The position numbers were made by a program, and so were the translations under genes. From contig CAYGPO010000006.1 in assembly GCA_964351665.1 (NCBI GenBank), positions 4,623 to 68,622 on the forward strand: DNA of 64,000 bases. The letters run 5' to 3'. Source of the DNA: an uncultured Gammaproteobacteria bacterium. GTDB lineage: Bacteria > Pseudomonadota > Gammaproteobacteria > Xanthomonadales > SZUA-38. The notes beneath the pieces were generated by a model. The model searched no databases. It was given only the letters and a program-made list of their open reading frames with translations, and had not been told where the DNA came from. The first letter of the stretch is position 1. Each line of letters opens with the position of its first letter. Positions 28,353 to 37,428 of the stretch are shown in pieces.

Positions 28353-30923
28353 ATGAACCGAAAGTTACTGTTGTCAACGTTGATCACGGCCAGCCTTGGT
28401 TTGCCAGCACAGTCAGCATTGGCCCAAGCTGGCAGCGACTCAAACAGTCTAGAAGAGATCTTGGTGACGGCACGGAAGCGGGAAGAGAGCCTGCAAGACA
28501 TTCCTATTGCCATCAACACCGTTTCCGCCGCCGATATTTTAGAGGGTGGATTGACGGGCCTGGAAGATATCTCCAGCCTTTCTTCGGGATTTTACTTCTT
28601 CAACCAGGGCCAGAATCAGCCCGGTCGATATAACACCCAGCTGCGTTTTCGCGGTTTGAACCAGGCCCAGTTCTCCCCCAGCTTTGAAACCGGCGCGTTG
28701 TTCATTGACGGCGTCTACGTCCTCAACGGCGGCACCTCACTATCACTGATGGACATCGAACGGGTAGAGGTCATCAAGGGGCCGCAATCGGCGTACTTTG
28801 GACGCAACACCTTCGGCGGCGCGGTGAACTTTATTACCCGTGATCCTCGGATGGATGAATGGGGTGGAGAGGTGACCGTCAGCGGCACCCACCGCAGTAA
28901 ATTTGACGTCAATGCCTTTGTTGAAGGGCCGCTGATTCAGGATGTGCTGTCAGGTAGCCTGGCGGTGCGGGTTTACGATAAGGAAGGCCATTTTACCGCC
29001 AGTGACGGCGGCCGACTGGGGGATGAGAGTACCGAAACCTTCACCGGTAAACTGCTCTGGAACGTGAGCGATAACCTGACCGTGAAATTTCGCGCATCCT
29101 ATTCAGAAGATGACGACGGTGCGCCGGCTCAGGCCTATATCGCCGGCCGTACCAATGACACCTGCGCCGGTCGCTCGATCACTACCCCGGCCGGGGAAAC
29201 GGTCAACCCAACAAACTTCATTTGTGGCCAGGTGCCTGATAACGATAGCACCATAGCGGTGCTCGGCAGTCGGGTTATCGACGGCAACACCCGCCTGCCA
29301 GCAGGTCTCAACGGCGCGGGCCTAACCATGCGGGAAGTGTTTGGCGCCCAGGCACTGCCAGCAGATGTCCCGTTTCTGGATGACATTGGCCTGTTGCGGG
29401 AAACCCTGCGATTAACAGCCTCTGCCAGCTACGCGCTGCCCAATGACTATTCGCTGGATTTTGTAGTCGGCGTCAATGACCAGAAAACCAACTTTATCCG
29501 TGACTTTGACCTGTCAGGATTTCCCGGCGGATTCTCCAGCGACCCCCAGAGCCTGGAAGACACCAGTTATGAGATCCGCATCACCTCAGGTAGCGACAAG
29601 CGCTACCGTTGGTCTGCGGGTATTAACTACTATGAGCAGGAGTTTATTTCCTCCCTGTCCGGCGGTACCTTCCTGTTCGGCTGCATTGGCACCATACCGG
29701 GCAATGATCAGGCGCCCTGTGTCATGGGAGCAGATGGAAACAATGCACTGCTGGGGCCCTTTCCCAATGGCTTTGGCCAGTCTGACGAAGCGGAGGTGCT
29801 GGGTATTTTCGCCTCCTTTGATTTCGACTTGACCGATCAGATTACCTTAACCGCTGAGGGTCGCTATCAGCAGGACACGGTGATCAAAGGCGGGGTGACG
29901 GGTGAGGGCGGACTGAGCGCCGCAGCCCCGGAATTTGAGTTTAACGAGTTCCTGCCCCGTTTTATCGTTCGCTATCAGCCCTTTGAAAGCACCACGCTTT
30001 ATGCAAGCTATGCGCTGGGAGTTGTACCTGGCGACGTCAACGATCAGTTCCTGAACGCTGACGCCCAGGAGCGTGCCCAGTTTGTAGCCCAGTTCCCAAC
30101 CCTGAGCGAATCATTGCCCCAGGAAGAATTGGATGCCTTTGAAATTGGCCTCAAGCAGACCCTGTTTGACGGCGCCGGCTATTTGAACTTCTCCGCTTAC
30201 TGGAATGAGTGGACCGGTGTAAAGGGCCGCTCAACGGGCTTAATCAATGAGACCTGCACCAGCAACGATGTGGCTATCGGCGCTCCCGGCTGCACCTTCG
30301 ATGGTGTGGTTGGCGATGTCAGCACCCGGATGCTGCCGAACCCGGAAACCGGCGTGCTGGAGATGTTCTTTAACTCCAGAAACGTGCTGCTAGACGGTGA
30401 TGCCGACATCAAGGGCTTTGAGCTTGAAGTGGGTGGACAGATCCAGGACGGCTGGACCGTTGACGCCAGCATGGCTTACGTGGATACCGAGTACACCCGT
30501 TACGTCTTCAACTTCGGTGAAGCCATCTTTGGTTTCTCGGACGTGGCAGGTTTGTCGGTTCCCCGGGTTCCCAAGTGGAGCGGTAATCTGAGCTCAACCT
30601 ACACCTTTGATATTACCGGCGGCATGCAGGGCTTCCTGCGCGGGGACGTGAACTACTTCGGTGAAACCTTCACCGACGAGCGAAACCTGGCTTATACGGC
30701 GGACTACTTCATCACCAACGTGCGGGCAGGCATCGAAACCGACCTGTATCGGATAGAGCTTTTTGTATCTAACCTGTTTGACGAGGACGCCTGGGCCAGC
30801 GGCGCACGGTTCTCCGACACCGCGTTTCCGGTAGACTTTGGCAACTTCTTTGTTCAGCAAGGGGTGAACGTTGCTCCTAATGATCGCCAGGAGTTTGGCC
30901 TACGCGCCACTCTTATGTTCTAA
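28353..30923 (+). CDS. TonB-dependent receptor
   Basis: Start at ATG 28353 (RBS gagggg). Signal peptide ending ALAQA. Plug motifs LEEILVTARKREESLQDIPIAI and IERVEVIKGPQSAYFGRNTFGGAVNFIT. C-terminal ...GLRATLMF. Confidence 0.9.
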   Translation: MNRKLLLSTLITASLGLPAQSALAQAGSDSNSLEEILVTARKREESLQDIPIAINTVSAADILEGGLTGLEDISSLSSGFYFFNQGQNQPGRYNTQLRFRGLNQAQFSPSFETGALFIDGVYVLNGGTSLSLMDIERVEVIKGPQSAYFGRNTFGGAVNFITRDPRMDEWGGEVTVSGTHRSKFDVNAFVEGPLIQDVLSGSLAVRVYDKEGHFTASDGGRLGDESTETFTGKLLWNVSDNLTVKFRASYSEDDDGAPAQAYIAGRTNDTCAGRSITTPAGETVNPTNFICGQVPDNDSTIAVLGSRVIDGNTRLPAGLNGAGLTMREVFGAQALPADVPFLDDIGLLRETLRLTASASYALPNDYSLDFVVGVNDQKTNFIRDFDLSGFPGGFSSDPQSLEDTSYEIRITSGSDKRYRWSAGINYYEQEFISSLSGGTFLFGCIGTIPGNDQAPCVMGADGNNALLGPFPNGFGQSDEAEVLGIFASFDFDLTDQITLTAEGRYQQDTVIKGGVTGEGGLSAAAPEFEFNEFLPRFIVRYQPFESTTLYASYALGVVPGDVNDQFLNADAQERAQFVAQFPTLSESLPQEELDAFEIGLKQTLFDGAGYLNFSAYWNEWTGVKGRSTGLINETCTSNDVAIGAPGCTFDGVVGDVSTRMLPNPETGVLEMFFNSRNVLLDGDADIKGFELEVGGQIQDGWTVDASMAYVDTEYTRYVFNFGEAIFGFSDVAGLSVPRVPKWSGNLSSTYTFDITGGMQGFLRGDVNYFGETFTDERNLAYTADYFITNVRAGIETDLYRIELFVSNLFDEDAWASGARFSDTAFPVDFGNFFVQQGVNVAPNDRQEFGLRATLMF

Positions 30924-30928
30924 AACCC

Positions 30929-30963
30929 CTGATATCCGCCGGGCGCGGCCCGGCGGATATCAG
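30929..30963 (+). terminator. 15-bp perfect hairpin after the TonB-dependent receptor (no U-tract)
   Basis: ctgatatccgccggg (30929-30943) - cgcgg - cccggcggatatcag (30949-30963). Confidence 0.5.
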
Positions 30964-30999
30964 CTGTAACAAGCCTTGAAAGGGTCAAGTCTGAAGGTG

Positions 31000-31788
31000 A
31001 TGCATAGATCCACCGTTGAACAAACCTTAACCGTGCTGCAACCGGAGTGGGATCTGGTCAGCAATGGCGTCATGTCTCGCTCGCCTTTGTATTTCCAGCT
31101 TTATACCGTGCTTCGTAACGCTATTGTTGATGGCAAACTTCAATTTGAATGTCAGATGCCCAGCGAACAGAAGCTGGCCGAGGCCTTCGATATTTCCCGG
31201 ATAACTGCCAAGCGGGCCATGGATGAACTGGCGGAGGAAGGGCTGATCGCCCGGTTCCGCGGCAAAGGTTCTCACGTGATTTACCAATACGCCCCGGCGC
31301 CGGTGCGAGCGCCGCTGGTGGGCATGTTGGAAAACCTGATCGAAATGGGTAAGCACACCAGCGTGCGGGTGCTGTCCCTGGAAAAAAAGCTGCCACCCCC
31401 TGAAATCCGTGAGCAGCTGAAGCTGGCTGGCGATGAGCTGGTCCACGAACTGATCCGGGTGCGCAGCAACGAGCACAAGGAACCCTTTGCCTACTACGTC
31501 AGCTGGACTGCGGGTATTGGAAAGGGATATACCCGCACGAAGCTGGAGAAAACCCCGCGGCTTGAAATTTTCAGGGATAACGGCATGCGGGTAGTAAAGG
31601 TCAATCAGGTGCTCAGTGCTCAGCTGGCATCACCGCTGGTGGCCGCTGAACTGAACATCAATCCAGGCGCGCCGCTGTTGTCAATTCGACGCCATGCAAC
31701 CGTTGAGAGCGGTTCAGTGGTGGATGTGCTGGACTGTCTTTACAACCCTGATCGCTATAACTACGCGATGGAATTAAGCTTAGACTGA
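31000..31788 (+). CDS. GntR family transcriptional regulator (HutC/UTRA-type)
   Basis: wHTH: LYFQLYTVLRNAIVDGKLQFECQMPSEQKLAEAFDISRITAKRAMDELAEEGLIARFRGKGSHV, with a UTRA-like C-terminal half. The start could be TTG 30976. Confidence 0.85.
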   Translation: MHRSTVEQTLTVLQPEWDLVSNGVMSRSPLYFQLYTVLRNAIVDGKLQFECQMPSEQKLAEAFDISRITAKRAMDELAEEGLIARFRGKGSHVIYQYAPAPVRAPLVGMLENLIEMGKHTSVRVLSLEKKLPPPEIREQLKLAGDELVHELIRVRSNEHKEPFAYYVSWTAGIGKGYTRTKLEKTPRLEIFRDNGMRVVKVNQVLSAQLASPLVAAELNINPGAPLLSIRRHATVESGSVVDVLDCLYNPDRYNYAMELSLD

Positions 31789-31804
31789 GGCCCCAGGTTT
31801 ACGG

Positions 31805-32452
31805 CTAACTAGGCTGCAGAAATGCCCAGCCCGTTGAAGCCCGATAGTTAACAATGAACTGATTGATCTGGTCTTCCTGCTGCAGGGTGAAGTCAATGAA
31901 ATCCAGGCCGTTGATCAGCATATGGCGATCCGCCGGATCAATGGAAAATTCAAAGGTCCGGCTGGCATCGTCCTCTGGGCTGACGCCCACGGTGCAGTGC
32001 TGAAGGTCAATCACCAGGGCGCTGTCACCCGCCGTTCGGTCGGACCACATTGCCAGCTTGGCGATAGCCGAGTGCGGAAGATCGATGGCCAGCAGCCCGT
32101 TGCGAGCGCAGTTCATTCGAAAAATGGCCCCAAAGCTCTCGGCAATAATCGCCCTGATGCCAAAGTCTTTCAGAGCCCAAACCGCATGCTCCCGGGACGA
32201 GCCGCAGCCAAAATTCCGACCGCTTAACAAAATCGATGCACCCTGGTAGTGCTGCTGATTCAGTACAAAGTCCTCCACCAGGCCGACTTTGCTGGCGCCG
32301 TCATAGCGATAGCGCAAGCCGGCAAAAAGACCCTCGCCCAGCCCGGTTTTACTGACCCTGGTCATCTCCCGGGAGGGGATGATCTGATCGGTGTCCACGT
32401 TGTCCTGCAAGATGGGGGCGGCAATCCCCGTATGCTGTATGAAGGGATCCAT
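31805..32452 (-). CDS. aconitase-family dehydratase small subunit (LeuD-like paralog)
   Basis: 215 aa. HTGIAAPILQDNVDTDQIIPSREM and GRNFGCGSSREHAVWAL. Confidence 0.85.
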   Translation of the reverse strand: MDPFIQHTGIAAPILQDNVDTDQIIPSREMTRVSKTGLGEGLFAGLRYRYDGASKVGLVEDFVLNQQHYQGASILLSGRNFGCGSSREHAVWALKDFGIRAIIAESFGAIFRMNCARNGLLAIDLPHSAIAKLAMWSDRTAGDSALVIDLQHCTVGVSPEDDASRTFEFSIDPADRHMLINGLDFIDFTLQQEDQINQFIVNYRASTGWAFLQPS

Positions 32453-33864
32453 CAGCAGCTGCTCTCAAGCGTACGTACATCGGCGATCTGTCCGGCAATG
32501 GCCGATGCGGCAACTGACGCGGGACTGGCCAGATGGGTGCGGGTTTGCCGACCCTGTCTGCCGCGGAAATTGCGGTTGGTGCTGGACACCACCCGCTGCT
32601 GAGGGGCAAAACCTTCACCGCCCGCGTTGAAGCACAGCGAGCAACCGGGCTCCCGCCACTCAAATCCCGCGTTCCGAAATATCTGATCCAGGCCTTTGGC
32701 CTCGGCGGCCTGTTTCACCTGCTCAGAGGCCGGCGTACAAATGGCCCGAACTCCCGCTGCCACCCGCTGGCCCTTCAATACATTGGCTGCCGACTCAAGG
32801 TCACTGAGACGGGCGTTGGTGCAGGAGCCAATAAAGGCGCCGCTAATGGGCAAGCCCAGGATTTGCTGGCCGGGTTTAAGACCCATGTAGTCCAGGGCCT
32901 GGTTGAGTTCAGCACGCTGTTCGTCACTGTCGCCAGGGCCCAGGGACGGCACCCGGCCGTCCACCGCAATGGCATGCTGGGGGCTAATGCCCCAGGTGAT
33001 GGTTGGCGATACGTCAGCCACGTCTACCTGGATTATCTTGTCAAATTGCGCGTCATGGTCTGAGCGCAGGTTTTTCCATGCCGCCACCGCTGCCGACCAG
33101 GCCTCTCCCTTGGGCGCATAGGGTCTTCCCTCCAAATAGCTGAGGGTTTTTTCATCCGGCGCGATCAATCCGGTAAAGGCAGAAAACTCTACCGCCATGT
33201 TGCACAGGGTGAATCGCGATTCCATGTCCAGCGCCGTGATGGTGGAACCGCTGAATTCCATCGCATGGGCGGCGGCCCCGGATGCGCTGTATTTGCCGAT
33301 CAGGTGGAGAATCATGTCCTTGGCGGTTACGCCATTGGGCAGCTCTCCGGTGAACTCCACTTTCAGCTGCTTTGGCTTGCGTGCTCGCAGGGTTTCCGTG
33401 GCCAGGGCGTGTTCACAATTGCTGGTGCCTATGCCCCATCCAATGGCGCCCAGGGCGCCCAGGGTGCAGGTGTGGCTGTCGGGACATGCGACCACCAGGC
33501 CGGGCAGGGTAATAGCCTGTTCGGCGGATATAAGGTGGGTAATGCCATGACGGCTGTCACCGATATCAAATAGCGTGATTCCCGCATCATTGGCGGTGCG
33601 TCGCATGGTCTTGATGAAAGTTTCGCCACCGGGCACTTCGGTGGCGTCACCACGCCCCGGATAGGTGTCGAGGATATGATCCATGGTGGCAAACACCTGG
33701 GCAGGATTGCGAATCTTGCGCCCGCTCTCGGCCAGGCTGGTCAAGGCCACGCCGCCGGTTCTTTCGTGTAGGAAAACCCGGTCCACGTAAATCAGCGACG
33801 TGCCGTCGTCCAGATCGGTCACCCGATGCCCATCCCAGATTTTGTCAAACAACGTTTTGGCCAT
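32452..33864 (-). CDS. aconitase-family dehydratase large subunit (LeuC-like paralog)
   Basis: Start at ATG 33864 (MAKTLFDKIWDGHRV). Fe-S ligand context CPDSHT and GSCTNARLSDL. It carries VFLHERTGGVALTSL where canonical LeuC has HLVHEVTSPQAF. Its stop overlaps the small-subunit start. Confidence 0.85.
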   Translation of the reverse strand: MAKTLFDKIWDGHRVTDLDDGTSLIYVDRVFLHERTGGVALTSLAESGRKIRNPAQVFATMDHILDTYPGRGDATEVPGGETFIKTMRRTANDAGITLFDIGDSRHGITHLISAEQAITLPGLVVACPDSHTCTLGALGAIGWGIGTSNCEHALATETLRARKPKQLKVEFTGELPNGVTAKDMILHLIGKYSASGAAAHAMEFSGSTITALDMESRFTLCNMAVEFSAFTGLIAPDEKTLSYLEGRPYAPKGEAWSAAVAAWKNLRSDHDAQFDKIIQVDVADVSPTITWGISPQHAIAVDGRVPSLGPGDSDEQRAELNQALDYMGLKPGQQILGLPISGAFIGSCTNARLSDLESAANVLKGQRVAAGVRAICTPASEQVKQAAEAKGLDQIFRNAGFEWREPGCSLCFNAGGEGFAPQQRVVSSTNRNFRGRQGRQTRTHLASPASVAASAIAGQIADVRTLESSC

Positions 33865-33878
33865 GGTGAGACAGAAAG

Positions 33879-33894
33879 CTAATAGATCTATTAG
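33879..33894. promoter_or_regulatory. 16-bp perfect palindrome in the divergent LeuC-like / MFS promoter region (candidate operator)
   Basis: ctaatagatctattag is its own reverse complement. It sits 15 nt upstream of the LeuC-like ATG in an AT-rich 135-bp divergent intergenic region. Confidence 0.45.
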
Positions 33895-33999
33895 TATAAC
33901 AATATTACTTTTACATCCGACGGCTATTCCATGATGAATTTGGTCAACACTGCATCTATTTCCACGCACCCGATGGCTATGCCTGGTTAGCAATTTCCC

Positions 34000-35235
34000 A
34001 TGTGGCGTGAGCTAAAGGGGTACCCGTTAAAGGCGTTTATTGTATGCCTGCTGGCCTACACCACCGCGCAAATGGATCTGGCGCTGTTTGGTTTCGCCAT
34101 TCCCGCTATTCGGGCCGAGTTCAATCTGAGCCTCTCTGGCGTAATGGCCATTGTTTCCAGCGCCTTTGTGCTGGGTGGGGTAATGATTGTTTGGCTGGCG
34201 CTGCTGGCAGACAGGATTGGCCGCAAGACCTTGTTTCAGTTTTCCCTGGTTGCTTCGTCGCTGCTGGTAGCCCTGCATGGGCTGGCCCTTAATGCCCTCT
34301 CCCTGACCCTGCTGCGCGGTAGCAGCATCGCCGCTGGCGGCCTTTCTTATCCGGTTACCGGGGCGATTATTTCGGAGGAATTTCCGGCCCGTTATCGGGG
34401 CCTGTTTCTGGGCTTTATGCAGATTGGTTATCCCCTGGGATGGGCCCTGGCTTCGCTGTGGGCAGCCTGGCTGCTGACCCACTACAACTGGCGCTGGCTG
34501 TTTCTGACGGGGTTGGTGAGTCTGCCCCTGGTCTGGTTGGTCCGGCGCATCATCCGTGAACCTCCCAGGGCCCGTATGGCCCGTCGCAGCAATCAGCAGA
34601 AGGTGAAGCTGACTGAGCTGCTAGCCCCGGCGATTCGGCGCCGGGCAGCGCTGTTGTTTTGCGCCCAGTTCTTGTTTGTGTGGGCTTATGCCGGTTCGAT
34701 TTTCCTGTTTCCCAGCTACCTGGCAGAACACCGCAGTATGGCGGCGGTGGAGTTTTCCCTGTTGATCGGCGCCGGCAATGCCATTGGCATAGTGGGGTAT
34801 GTGCTTGCCGCCTTTGTTGGCGAATTTGTCTTGACCCGCCGTAACACCGTGGTGATCTGGACCATGCTGGGCGCCATCATGTTTCAGGTGCTGGTATGGA
34901 CTGCCTCCAGCTATTTTCAGATCCTGCTGGCATACGGGGTCATGAGTATGTTTTTTTACGGCAGCGCGGCGGTCAAATTTGCCTATCTGGCAGAGGTTTT
35001 TCCGACCCGCTTGAGGGCCACCGCCATGGCCACCTGTGGTTCGCTGGCGGTGACCCTGGGTTCTGCCGCCGGCCCGCTATCAGCCTCCCTGGCGGTGGAG
35101 AAAATAGGCTGGACCTACGGCTATTCACTGCTGGTAGGCGTGCCTTTGTTTGTTGCCGGACTGCTGTATCTGTTCCTGACCCCGGTGCCGTCGGGGCTGG
35201 AGGTTGAAGAGGTGGAGCGGGTCCTGGCCAACTGA
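34000..35235 (+). CDS. MFS transporter
   Basis: 411 aa, 12 predicted TM segments. MFS signature LADRIGRKT between TM2 and TM3. Confidence 0.85.
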   Translation: MWRELKGYPLKAFIVCLLAYTTAQMDLALFGFAIPAIRAEFNLSLSGVMAIVSSAFVLGGVMIVWLALLADRIGRKTLFQFSLVASSLLVALHGLALNALSLTLLRGSSIAAGGLSYPVTGAIISEEFPARYRGLFLGFMQIGYPLGWALASLWAAWLLTHYNWRWLFLTGLVSLPLVWLVRRIIREPPRARMARRSNQQKVKLTELLAPAIRRRAALLFCAQFLFVWAYAGSIFLFPSYLAEHRSMAAVEFSLLIGAGNAIGIVGYVLAAFVGEFVLTRRNTVVIWTMLGAIMFQVLVWTASSYFQILLAYGVMSMFFYGSAAVKFAYLAEVFPTRLRATAMATCGSLAVTLGSAAGPLSASLAVEKIGWTYGYSLLVGVPLFVAGLLYLFLTPVPSGLEVEEVERVLAN

Positions 35236-35251
35236 TACGAGGAGAGCTTTA

Positions 35252-36256
35252 GTGTTCGGATTTAATGTGAAAACCTTTGGTGGACCAGAACAAATGGTCT
35301 GGGAAGCACTGCCGGATCTGCTGCCGGCAGGCGGCCAGGTGTTGGTGGACGTGTATGCCAGCGGCGTAAATTTTGCCGAAACCCGAATGCGAGCCGGCAA
35401 CTACTCAGGTCAGCCCTTACCTTTTGTGATGGGTATGGAAGGAGCAGGGGTCGTTGTCCAGGTTGCTAACGACGTGACGGACTTCAAACCCGGCGACCGT
35501 GTTTTTGGCAGAGCCAGAGGGACTCACGCCGAGCAGGTGTTGTTTGACAGCGACCATTTGATGCATCTGCCCGAAAATTTGTCCTTTGAAGAAGGTGCTG
35601 CGATACCGGTGGGCTGGCTGACCGCCTGGCACGCCCTGCACACCGTGGCCCAGATAAGCAGCGGTCAACGGGTGTTGGTGGAAGCGGTCGGCGGCAGCGT
35701 TGGCAGCGCCGCTCTGCAGATCGCCAAACAGCAGGGCTGCTGGGTGGCAGGCAGCGCCAGCCGGGACAGTAAGTTGGAGCCTGCCAGGGCCCAGGGTGCG
35801 GATCTGCTGATCAACTATAAAACCCAGTCCATTGCTGAACTGATCAACGCCGCCACCGACAACCAGGGGGTTAACGTGAGCCTGATGACCATCGGCACGG
35901 CAACCTCCCAGGAGCTAATGGACTCCATGGGTATGGATGGGAAAGTGGTTATGTTTGGCAGCACTGGCGGGCGGGATATTACTTTCAACCTGAATATCGG
36001 TGTGAACAATATTCAGCTGCTGTCCATGAGCATTTCCAGCAGCCCGCGGTTTATGCCCGAGACCATGGCAAGCTTTCGCAAATACGCTCTGCCGCTATTT
36101 GCCAGCGGCCAATTTACCCCGGTGGTGGACACGGTGCTGCCCCTTGCTGAGGTGGTGAAATCCCATCAGATGATTGACGACAGAAATCACTACGGCAAGA
36201 TTATTTTGACCCTCGATCGACCCCTGGACGACCGCCCTGGGCCATCGCGCAGCTAA
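35252..36256 (+). CDS. zinc-type alcohol dehydrogenase / NADPH:quinone oxidoreductase family (MDR)
   Basis: GTG start with RBS aggagag (35240-35246). Motifs FGGPEQMVWEALP, VLVDVYASGVNFAETRMRAGNY and VGGSVGSAALQIAK. Confidence 0.85.
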   Translation: MFGFNVKTFGGPEQMVWEALPDLLPAGGQVLVDVYASGVNFAETRMRAGNYSGQPLPFVMGMEGAGVVVQVANDVTDFKPGDRVFGRARGTHAEQVLFDSDHLMHLPENLSFEEGAAIPVGWLTAWHALHTVAQISSGQRVLVEAVGGSVGSAALQIAKQQGCWVAGSASRDSKLEPARAQGADLLINYKTQSIAELINAATDNQGVNVSLMTIGTATSQELMDSMGMDGKVVMFGSTGGRDITFNLNIGVNNIQLLSMSISSSPRFMPETMASFRKYALPLFASGQFTPVVDTVLPLAEVVKSHQMIDDRNHYGKIILTLDRPLDDRPGPSRS

Positions 36257-37406
36257 CGGCGGTAGCCACTAGGGCGACAAAGATCACCAGCGCCATGGGC
36301 AGAAAGCGGCCTTGATAAATCGCCCCTGCCAGCACCGTAAAACTGCCGCCAACCAACAGCCCAACAGCGCTGGACAGGCCTGAGGCGGTGCCGGCAATTT
36401 CCGGGTGTTCTGCAATAGCCCCAGCCATGGCGCCGGGGACGGTGGCACCAGACAGGACCATCATGACTGCCAACGGCGTCAGCAACTGCACCATGGAGGG
36501 TTCGCCGGCAAGGCTGAAAAATACCAGCGCGGCGCCGGCGCCCATACCAATGATGACGCCGCCAGCAACCACTCGTTCAGTGCCGATGATGGGGGTTAGC
36601 CTGGCTCCGGCAGAAGCCCCGACTATATAGGCTATCGCCAGCAGCCCCCAGGTTGTACCAAAGGCCGAAGAGCTGATGGCGTACTGACTGGCAAAATAGG
36701 CAGCGCCGATGGCCATGAAGGAAAAGAACGAACCCTGTACAAAGCCGAACACAAGGGTGTAGCCAACAAAGCTGCGCGATCGCACCAGCATGGCGTAGCT
36801 GGACAGCCAGTCTCTCCAGCGAGGTTGCGGACGGTCTCTGTCCAGGGTCTCAGTCATGTGCCTGAGCATGCCGAATAAGACCAAGCCGCCGATGACCGCG
36901 GTGGAGATGAATATCCAGCGATATCCGCTGCTGGCGTCCAGCCAGCCGCCAATGATAGGCGCGATTACCGGTGCGATGCCCATGGTGGCGGCGATGTAAG
37001 ACATGCCCTGGGCTACCTGATTACCAGAACGAGTATCCCGCAGCACTGCCCGGCTGGCCACGGTGCCTACGCTGACCCCAGCGGCCTGGACGAAACGGGC
37101 GAGGATCAACCACTCAAGGGTTGGGGCTAGCGCACAAAGTACGCTGGCGGCAATGAAGACGCTGAAACCGATCAGCATCACCGGCCGGCGGCCGTAACGA
37201 TCGCAGAGGAAACCGCAGGCAGGTTGGGATACCGCCAAGCCCAGCATATAGGCAGAAACGATGAATTGTACTGACAGGAAATCCGCTGAGAAGTCCGTGG
37301 CCATGCTGCCAAGTGCCGGCACCACAATGGACATGCCAAAAGGCGATAGTCCACTGGCAACGCCCAGCAGCCAGATTGAGGGGATTTTCTGCTCAGCGTT
37401 TGCCAT
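36201..37406 (-). CDS. Bcr/CflA-type MFS drug-efflux transporter
   Basis: 401 aa. FGMSIVVPALGSMATDF...VSAYMLGLAVSQPACGFLCDRYGRRPVMLIGF is the Bcr/CflA pattern. Confidence 0.85.
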   Translation of the reverse strand: MANAEQKIPSIWLLGVASGLSPFGMSIVVPALGSMATDFSADFLSVQFIVSAYMLGLAVSQPACGFLCDRYGRRPVMLIGFSVFIAASVLCALAPTLEWLILARFVQAAGVSVGTVASRAVLRDTRSGNQVAQGMSYIAATMGIAPVIAPIIGGWLDASSGYRWIFISTAVIGGLVLFGMLRHMTETLDRDRPQPRWRDWLSSYAMLVRSRSFVGYTLVFGFVQGSFFSFMAIGAAYFASQYAISSSAFGTTWGLLAIAYIVGASAGARLTPIIGTERVVAGGVIIGMGAGAALVFFSLAGEPSMVQLLTPLAVMMVLSGATVPGAMAGAIAEHPEIAGTASGLSSAVGLLVGGSFTVLAGAIYQGRFLPMALVIFVALVATAVSCAMAQGGRPGVDRGSK

Positions 37407-37428
37407 GGGCCCATGATAGATTATTCAG

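Noticed and set aside
31805-33864. Annotating the aconitase-family pair as housekeeping leuC/leuD.
   Set aside because: The substrate-region motif diverges from canonical LeuC. There is no leuA or leuB context. The neighbourhood is catabolic (GntR, MFS, TonB receptor). I therefore kept it as a LeuCD-like paralog without a gene symbol.
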